NCBI GenBank assembly: GCA_964646725.1
Contig: CAZYFX010000002.1
Location: forward strand, 1-37,315
Length of the DNA stretch: 37,315 bases
Source: an uncultured Oscillospiraceae bacterium
GTDB lineage: Bacteria; Bacillota; Clostridia; Oscillospirales; CAG-382
Direction: 5' to 3'
Below are positions 25,395-30,835 of this stretch, one piece after another. Within the stretch, counting starts at the first letter, position 1. Each line of letters starts with the position of its first letter. Made by a program: the position numbers and the translations under genes. A model generated the notes under the pieces. The model was not told the origin of the DNA. It searched no databases and was given only the letters and a program-made list of their open reading frames with translations.

Positions 25395-26414
25395 TTATTC
25401 GGCTGCTTCGTCGCTGTCGGCGGTATCGGCTTCCGCATCCGCATCGACTTCGACTTCATTGTCGGCATTGATTTCCGCATCTTCCGCGTCATCCGCATCC
25501 GCTTCGTCTTCGTTGTCGGCGTCGTCCGTATCGGCGTCTGCGTCCGTATCGGCGTCTGCTTCGGGGCTTTCAAGGTCGGCTTCGTCCGTGTCGGCTTCGC
25601 CGTTCTCTTCGTCGCTTTCCTCACCGTGGTCGTGATCGTGATCGTCTTCTGCGTTCTCGTCCTCGTCCTCTGCCTCTGCCTGCTCGGCGTAATAATCGGT
25701 CAGTGTCTGCTCCACATAGGTCATGTTGTTGAAATCGATGGTGCCGTCTTCGGAAGGAGTCAACATGTAGGAAGCCGAAACGATGACCTTGTCGGCCACA
25801 GCGTCAAGCGGCGACCAGTCGGTGATGTCGTTGCCGGTCAGCGTCAGCTTCTTGAGGGTGTCGGCGTTCACACCGGCAAAGCCCGCGACCTCGGTCAGTC
25901 CGATGGCGTAGAAATTGCCCTCTTCGATGGCGGTCATGCCGGAGAACACGCTCGAATCCGTGACGGTGATACCGCTGACTTCGATGTTGCGCACACCGGT
26001 GAAATACTTCAGATCGTCCAGCTTCGGAGCTTCCTTTTCTTCATAGGAAGAAATCTTAACATAGGGGGTCAGATCGTAATCCGATACATCCTCGCCGGCA
26101 TCCTGCTTTTCCATGTATTCGTTGTACTTGTCCACGAATTCGTCACCGCCGGTGATGACCTGCACGGTTTCGGAATCATAGGAAATGCCGAGATACTTCA
26201 CGGCAGCTAAATCCTCTTCCTTGATAAAGGACGGAGCCTTGCCGAGATTGTCGGACAGCGCTTCGGCAAACTTATCGCTTGCCAAGAAGGGGGAGTGCGA
26301 GGTCACTTCGCCGTAAACGACATACACGATGGCGGCCAAAACCACCACGATCGCAACGAGAAGGACGATAAAACGGTTCTTTTGTTTTTTCTGTGTACCT
26401 GATAATTGTGCCAT
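25395..26414 (-). CDS. Single-pass membrane-anchored protein with an LRR-like segment and a polyacidic C-terminal tail of about 100 aa
   Basis: N-terminal basic stretch plus TM (KKQKNRFIVLLVAIVVVLAAIVYVVY). One internalin-like LRR unit (LKKLTLTGNDITDWSPLDAV). The C-terminal tail is almost entirely D/E/A/T/N, including HDHDHDHGEE. The likely start is ATG 26414 (GGAGG 5 nt upstream). Confidence 0.65.
   Translation of the reverse strand: MAQLSGTQKKQKNRFIVLLVAIVVVLAAIVYVVYGEVTSHSPFLASDKFAEALSDNLGKAPSFIKEEDLAAVKYLGISYDSETVQVITGGDEFVDKYNEYMEKQDAGEDVSDYDLTPYVKISSYEEKEAPKLDDLKYFTGVRNIEVSGITVTDSSVFSGMTAIEEGNFYAIGLTEVAGFAGVNADTLKKLTLTGNDITDWSPLDAVADKVIVSASYMLTPSEDGTIDFNNMTYVEQTLTDYYAEQAEAEDEDENAEDDHDHDHGEESDEENGEADTDEADLESPEADADTDADADTDDADNEDEADADDAEDAEINADNEVEVDADAEADTADSDEAAE
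25524..25559. repeat. Perfect 2 x 18-nt tandem repeat inside the acidic-tail coding region
   Basis: GTCCGTATCGGCGTCTGC occurs at 25524-25541 and again at 25542-25559 (encoding ADADTD twice on the minus strand). Confidence 0.9.
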
Positions 26415-26475
26415 GGTATCCTCCAAAAATTATTAAAAGATTGATTCTTGCCCATTCTGCAAGACTACAGCTTAT

Positions 26476-26504
26476 ATTATAGCACTCTTTTTACAAAAAT
26501 GCAA
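26476..26504 (-). promoter_or_regulatory. Sigma-A-type promoter (extended -10) for the acidic membrane protein gene
   Basis: On the minus strand: TTGCAT (26504-26499), 17-nt spacer ending in TGc, TATAAT (26481-26476). Confidence 0.6.
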
Positions 26505-26572
26505 TACTTTTCGATACATTTTTATGAGTTTTGCGGCAATACTTCGCGAAAATTGTTTGTTGTTCCGACGTT

Positions 26573-27748
26573 TTACAGCCGTATGAGCAGCTCGTCGCAC
26601 GCCTTTTCGGCGTATCGATCGAACATGCCTCTGTCGCGCAGATAGAACAGAATCGTGTACCGATCACGCAAAGGCAACGCGCGCTTCACGCCGTCCAACA
26701 TGGTTTTCTTGTCGGTGACGGTCGGCGGCACCTTCATATCCACACAGAATTTTTCCACCTTATCGAAATACGGCAGATAGCGGCGGATGAGTGCTTTCAA
26801 ATGCTCGTCGTCGGTTTCGTCCAAAAGCATACGGTACATGATTGCCACAAGCCGCGTGGCTTCGCAGACCTCCAAGCCGTGCAGATGGGGCTTGACGCCC
26901 TTTTCCACGTCGGCTAACTCCCAGGCGTGGGCAATGATGTGCTCCGAGCCGGAGGCGGGACGGGAGTTGCCGGTGTAGGCCATGCCGAGCCCCGTCACCA
27001 GAAAGCCGCGCATGACGTTCCCGATGGCTTCGGGATCACGGCTCTCAAGCTTATATCCGTTTTTCAAACAGGCGTCGGTAGCTGCCAAAACGTCGGTGGC
27101 GATTTTGTCGCAGAAATATTCGCCGGTGTAGTCGCGCGTCAGCTCCCAGTCGCATAATCCCGTGTATTTGCCGAACATGTCGCCGATTCCGGCAAGCAAC
27201 ATATCATACGGTGCGTCCTTGACGATATCCAGATCGGCGATGAAATACTTCGGTGTGGTAGCCTGAACGGTGGATTTCGTGCCGTCATGTAAGATCGGCG
27301 AACCGGCTGAGACGTAGCCGTCCATCGACGGTGCCGTGCCGAACACGGCATACGGAAGTCCCAGACGGTAGGAGACGACGCGGCAGGAATCGTTGACCGT
27401 GCCCGAGCCGACGGCCAAAATCAGGTCGGGAAGCGGGGAATAGGCGAAAATATCGCTTTTGGCGTTCGGGTCGTGCGCGTGAAGCAGGATTTTTCCGAGC
27501 GTGTATTCGTTGGGGAGCACCGTTTCATCCTCCAACACGAACACATGCGACAGCATTCCTTTTTCCTTTAAAAGCGCGCAGACCTTTTCGCCGGCGGCAG
27601 CGTAGGTGTTGGTGTCCGCCACGACGTAGATGCGGTGATAGTCCTTCAAAATTTCGGGCAGCTTCTCCAAAGCGCCCCGTGAAATTTCATAGCCCTCGAG
27701 CGGTGCGCGGTGTGAGCCCCGTTCGCAGGTGCAGGCAAATTCGATCAT
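26573..27748 (-). CDS. sn-Glycerol-1-phosphate dehydrogenase-like enzyme (AraM/EgsA family, DHQS-like / iron-ADH superfamily)
   Basis: Motifs LILAVGSGTVNDSCRVVSYRLGLPYAVFGTAPSMDGY, LLAGIGDMFGKYT and SGSEHIIAHAWE fit the G1PDH/AraM pattern. The start is probably ATG 27748 (AAAGGA 9 nt upstream) rather than the TTG at 27754. Confidence 0.7.
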   Translation of the reverse strand: MIEFACTCERGSHRAPLEGYEISRGALEKLPEILKDYHRIYVVADTNTYAAAGEKVCALLKEKGMLSHVFVLEDETVLPNEYTLGKILLHAHDPNAKSDIFAYSPLPDLILAVGSGTVNDSCRVVSYRLGLPYAVFGTAPSMDGYVSAGSPILHDGTKSTVQATTPKYFIADLDIVKDAPYDMLLAGIGDMFGKYTGLCDWELTRDYTGEYFCDKIATDVLAATDACLKNGYKLESRDPEAIGNVMRGFLVTGLGMAYTGNSRPASGSEHIIAHAWELADVEKGVKPHLHGLEVCEATRLVAIMYRMLLDETDDEHLKALIRRYLPYFDKVEKFCVDMKVPPTVTDKKTMLDGVKRALPLRDRYTILFYLRDRGMFDRYAEKACDELLIRL

Positions 27749-27784
27749 GTTCAATCGTCCTTTCGTTACTTGTCGGTTCTTTCG

Positions 27785-28552
27785 TCAAATCTGAAAACCG
27801 GATACCGTTCCCTTGTCCACGGGGTATAAGATTTTCAGCTGATTGATCTTGCTCTTCAAAGCGCTCTGCTGTTTTTCCTTGAACATCATCTGCTTGATCT
27901 GTTCCTTGATTTCGGCAAACTCATAGGGCGTGGCGGAGTTTTTTGCGTTGAGCTTGATGAGGTGGTAGCCGAACTGGGTCTTGACCGGCTCGGAGATTTC
28001 ACCGACCTCCATGGCAAACACGGCCGAATCGAATTCGGGAACCATCTGTCCGCGCGTAAATTCGCCGAGATTTCCGCCGTTTTCGCTCGAAGGGCAGGAG
28101 CTGTGCTGTCGGGCGGCGTCCTCAAAGCTCATTTTTCCGGTGCGGATGTCCGCCAAAAGGCTCTGCGCTTTTTCTTCGCTGTCCACCAGAATGTGGCTTG
28201 CGTTTACCGATTCACCCGACACGAAGCGTTCCTTGTGACCGTCGAAATAGGCTTTTGCTTCCTCGTCGGTCACGGGCTTGACGGCTTCCAAGGTTTTGGT
28301 CATGGCAAAATGTACCAAAAGGTCCTCTTTGACTTTTTCGAGCTGTGCCTTGAATTCGGGCGAATGCTCGTAGAGGTTTTTGCGTGCGTCGGCCAGGAGC
28401 AGCTTGTTGGAGATGAGCTGTTCGAGCACGATTTCGCGACCCTGGGGATTGTCCAAATTCTGTCCGCGTGCGGCAAGTTCGGCGAGCATGGCATTGACTT
28501 CGGATTCGGTCACGGGGATACCGGCTACGTTTGCTAAAATTCTGTCGTTCAT
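27785..28552 (-). CDS. Parvulin-type peptidyl-prolyl cis-trans isomerase (PrsA/SurA-like)
   Basis: Rotamase domain (ASHILVDSEEKAQSLLADIRTGKMSFEDAARQHSSCPSSENGGNLGEFTRGQMVPEFD...QFGYHLIKL). I set the start at ATG 28552 (M60 of the track ORF), with GGAAAGGA upstream. The first 59 residues of the track ORF look non-coding. Confidence 0.85.
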   Translation of the reverse strand: MNDRILANVAGIPVTESEVNAMLAELAARGQNLDNPQGREIVLEQLISNKLLLADARKNLYEHSPEFKAQLEKVKEDLLVHFAMTKTLEAVKPVTDEEAKAYFDGHKERFVSGESVNASHILVDSEEKAQSLLADIRTGKMSFEDAARQHSSCPSSENGGNLGEFTRGQMVPEFDSAVFAMEVGEISEPVKTQFGYHLIKLNAKNSATPYEFAEIKEQIKQMMFKEKQQSALKSKINQLKILYPVDKGTVSGFQI

Positions 28553-28619
28553 GGGAAGTTCCTTTCCTGCATATAGATATTTTTTCGTCGGACGGACAAG
28601 CCGTCTGTCACATGGTATA

Positions 28620-28648
28620 ATGATACAACAAAAGTGAGAATTTGTCAA
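28620..28648 (-). promoter_or_regulatory. Sigma-A-type promoter for the PPIase operon
   Basis: On the minus strand: TTGACA (28648-28643), 17-nt spacer, TATCAT (28625-28620). Confidence 0.55.
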
Positions 28649-28649
28649 G

Positions 28650-28984
28650 CGTTTGGAACATTTCTTTGAGGGATTGTGCGGCGCGGAAGCCGCGCGGTAA
28701 TCTTCGGCGGCGGCGAAGCGCCACTGCAATATTCGCGAGCATAGTTTAGATATAACTTACAATAAGCGGACGCGGCTCTTACTCCGCCGTGTGTCCATTG
28801 GCACACACGGCTCTGTGCAAAGACCGTTATTATCCGTAATTCCCATCGGCTCCCTTGTGTAAAACAATGCTGTCAACTTAAGCATTGCTTGTGTAACAGG
28901 AATTGTCAAAACAGCTCTCTCCCTCAGTCGGCTACGCCGACAGCGCCCTCATCAGAGGGCGCTACTGTTGGGTGCGGATTTTTT
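28650..28984 (+). ncRNA. Candidate structured non-coding unit A (family unknown)
   Basis: No credible ORF. It holds a string of perfect hairpins: 28681-28695, 28786-28811, 28865-28887, 28927-28941 and 28942-28963. The last can extend to 28937-28971 and is followed by T6 at 28979-28984. Strand and ends are not established. Confidence 0.25.
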
Positions 28985-29144
28985 AGTTTGTGGATAGAGG
29001 CAGACGCTAAATCGTTTTATCAAACTAAATATTGCCACTGCACTATCCGTTTTATGAGATTATCCTACTGTTAAGCTTGCAGTACCTTTGTCCTTTTTAC
29101 AAAGTTACGATCTTGCGTTAGATGTAGCCCATGCCTTTAGCACC

Positions 29145-29290
29145 GGTTCAAAACCTCCCATGCGGGTACTTGACATACTACCGAATTTGCAGAGCATTTT
29201 GCAGTCGCACATACTGACAAATTCAGCAAAACATTCGCACCGCATGAGTTTTGAATCGCGGGTCGCAGGGCAAAGCCCCGGCTGCTTTTT
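29145..29290 (+). ncRNA. Candidate structured non-coding unit B: long imperfect hairpin of ~113 nt plus a terminator-like hairpin and T-run (family unknown)
   Basis: GGTTCAAAAC (29145-29154) pairs with GTTTTGAATC (29248-29257). CATGCGG (29159-29165) pairs with CCGCATG (29240-29246). GAATTTG (29183-29189) pairs with CAAATTC (29218-29224). Next comes GCAGGGCaaaGCCCcggCTGC (29265-29285), followed by TTTTT. Confidence 0.3.
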
Positions 29291-29350
29291 GGTTCTTTTT
29301 GCAGAAGCAAAAAGAATAAACACCGTCCCCTTCGGTGACGATGAATCTTC

Positions 29351-29393
29351 CTGCGGGAGATATATTCGGGCTTTTGTCCGATGTCTCCCGCGG
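29351..29393. repeat. Extended inverted repeat / two-tier hairpin
   Basis: CTGCGGGAGA (29351-29360) pairs with TCTCCCGCGG (29384-29393). The inner hairpin CGGGC-tttt-GTCCG lies at 29367-29380. Confidence 0.6.
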
Positions 29394-29430
29394 GGACAAA
29401 ACTGCTCCATATCTTCCATATATTATGCAG

Positions 29431-29459
29431 TGACAAATGACCCTTGTTTGTATTATAAT
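29431..29459 (+). promoter_or_regulatory. Sigma-A-type promoter for the mecA-like gene
   Basis: TGACAA (29431-29436), 17-nt spacer, TATAAT (29454-29459), about 45 nt upstream of ATG 29504. Confidence 0.55.
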
Positions 29460-29503
29460 AGAGTATAAAATACATACGAGAAAGACGGTGAAAACAAAAA
29501 AAC

Positions 29504-30151
29504 ATGGAATTTATCTTAGTCAATTCGGTCAAACTGAAGATCATTCTCTCCGATGAAGATATGAAAGCCTTGCGCGTCACGCCCTCCTCCTTGGACTATG
29601 CTTCTGCCGAAACACGCGCGGCCCTGGAAAAAATACTCGAACGCGCCCGCCTTTCGACCGGCTTCGACAGCTCCCATGCCCGACTTGTCGTCCGCGCTTT
29701 TCCGAGTAAGGACGGCGGCTGCGAACTGTTTTTGACCAAAAAGAGCCGCTTGCTTCCCGAACCGGAGGAAAACCGAAAGACGGCTTGCAAAAAAAGCCGC
29801 CTTTCCGAGAGAACGGATAAAAGGGGCAAAAAAGAGTATCTGGCGGTCGGCGCGTTCGACCCTTTGGCCGACTTGTGCGTGCGCTTACATACCGAAGGCT
29901 TTTACGGACGCTCCGCGCTGTATCTTCGGCACGACCGATACTATCTGCACCTTGCGCCCGAGCCGCGCGATCCGTTTTCCGTCGAATCCGAGGAAGAACT
30001 TGACCGTTACTTTTTCTTGGGCGAATACGCCGACGTGTTTTTCGCTGACGCGATACGCCTTGCCCACCTTGCGGAGCGTGGAAACTGCTTAATTCGGGAG
30101 GGCGCGGTCGAACGACTGGCGGCGGCCTTCGAAAAACAGACCGAAATTTGA
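29504..30151 (+). CDS. mecA: MecA-like adaptor protein (ClpC adaptor family)
   Basis: The N-terminus MEFILVNSVKLKIILSDEDMKAL and the C-terminal LYLRHDRYYLHL....EYADVFFADAIRLAHLAERGNCLIREGAVERL follow the MecA N- and C-domain patterns. The RBS is weak. Confidence 0.65.
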   Translation: MEFILVNSVKLKIILSDEDMKALRVTPSSLDYASAETRAALEKILERARLSTGFDSSHARLVVRAFPSKDGGCELFLTKKSRLLPEPEENRKTACKKSRLSERTDKRGKKEYLAVGAFDPLADLCVRLHTEGFYGRSALYLRHDRYYLHLAPEPRDPFSVESEEELDRYFFLGEYADVFFADAIRLAHLAERGNCLIREGAVERLAAAFEKQTEI

Positions 30152-30160
30152 ATTTGGGGC

Positions 30161-30189
30161 TTGACATGCTTTCGAAAAGCATGTATACT
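30161..30189 (+). promoter_or_regulatory. Promoter of the UDG gene with a fully palindromic spacer (candidate operator)
   Basis: TTGACA (30161-30166), 17-nt spacer, TATACT (30184-30189). The 21-nt perfect dyad ACATGCTTT-cga-AAAGCATGT (30164-30184) fills the spacer and overlaps both hexamers. Confidence 0.6.
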
Positions 30190-30242
30190 GTTGACAGACA
30201 AAAGATTTGCCATACGTTTTTTCGGACAAAGGAAGTGACCGC

Positions 30243-30809
30243 ATGAACGCCGACTGGGAAGAGCTCGAACAAGCTTGCAAAGACTGCATGCTCTGTCCGT
30301 TATACAAAACCAAAACCAACACCGTTTTCGGCTGCGGAAACAGAAACGCTGCCGTCTGCTTTGTCGGCGAAGCACCCGGCGAAAGCGAGGACAAGCAGGG
30401 AATCCCTTTTGTCGGCGCAAGCGGACAATTGCTCGACCGCTATTTCGACGCGGTGGGACTTCCGCGCGAAAGCGTCTATATCTGCAACATTTTGAAATGC
30501 CGTCCGCCGCATAACCGTGACCCGCTCCCCGAGGAGGAGGACGTGTGCATCAACCATTTGCGCGCCCAACTTCGCCTCATCCGTCCGCATTTTCTGGTGT
30601 GCTTGGGACGGGTGGCCGCCTGCCGCATTCTGCGTCCCGATTTTCGCATCACCGCCGAGCACGGGCGCTGGTACAAAAAGGGTGACTACGAGATCTGTGC
30701 CGTCTATCACCCCTCCGCACTGCTACGTGATCCGTCCAAACGCGAGGATATGTTGCGCGATATGTGGGACATCGCGAAAAAAGTGAAAGCATACAAAGAA
30801 AAAATATAG
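30243..30809 (+). CDS. Family-4 uracil-DNA glycosylase
   Basis: Motifs CKDCMLCPL, FVGEAPGESEDKQGIPFVGASGQLL and AVYHPSALLR are present. I set the start at ATG 30243 (AAGGAAG upstream) rather than the TTG at 30207. Confidence 0.85.
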   Translation: MNADWEELEQACKDCMLCPLYKTKTNTVFGCGNRNAAVCFVGEAPGESEDKQGIPFVGASGQLLDRYFDAVGLPRESVYICNILKCRPPHNRDPLPEEEDVCINHLRAQLRLIRPHFLVCLGRVAACRILRPDFRITAEHGRWYKKGDYEICAVYHPSALLRDPSKREDMLRDMWDIAKKVKAYKEKI

Positions 30810-30835
30810 CTTCATTTACGGAAAGGAAAAAAATC

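Noticed and set aside
28949-28955. CUGAUGA (the hammerhead ribozyme core heptamer) on the minus strand
   Set aside because: It is simply the loop and flank of the AGCGCCCTC/GAGGGCGCT hairpin. No GAAA element or three-way junction with the required stem II/III geometry follows it.
29033-29040. GCCACTG (a B12-box-like string of cobalamin riboswitches)
   Set aside because: It is an isolated heptamer without the surrounding cobalamin aptamer consensus and without any B12-related downstream gene.
28830-29068. Several DnaA-box-like 9-mers (TTATCCGTA at 28830, TGTGGATAG at 28989, TTATCCTAC at 29060)
   Set aside because: Each has 1-3 mismatches to TTATCCACA, which is expected by chance in AT-richer DNA. 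There is no dnaA/dnaN context and no AT-rich unwinding element.
29143-29159. GGTTCAAAACC resembling a tRNA T-arm
   Set aside because: There is no flanking 5-bp T-stem, acceptor stem or anticodon arm. The sequence is one strand of the long hairpin.
29145-29257. Idea that the long hairpin is a 6S RNA
   Set aside because: The total length with flanks (about 190 nt) and a few short strings are vaguely reminiscent of 6S. However, I could not build the extended closing stem from the flanking sequence, nor the large central bubble that defines 6S RNA. This remains unresolved without a covariance-model search.
29266-29284. AGGGCAAAGCCCCGG, resembling conserved pieces of the c-di-GMP-I (GEMM-I) riboswitch
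   Set aside because: There is only a single short hairpin directly followed by a T-run. The second GEMM hairpin, the tetraloop-receptor arrangement and a downstream regulated gene are all missing. It is better explained as a terminator.
29413-29434. CTTCCATATATTATGCAGTGAC resembling a Firmicute dif (XerCD) site
   Set aside because: Only the CTTCC and ATATATTATG parts match. The left arm is 5 nt short and the right arm matches about 6 of 11 positions. It also overlaps the -35 region of the mecA promoter.
29088-29580. Track ORFs of 126 aa (+), 104 aa (-) and 147 aa (-) in the long spacer
   Set aside because: They have no Shine-Dalgarno sequences and Cys/Arg-rich random-looking translations. 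They overlap one another and the stem-loops, and the 147-aa ORF runs antisense into the mecA-like start. I treat the region as non-coding.
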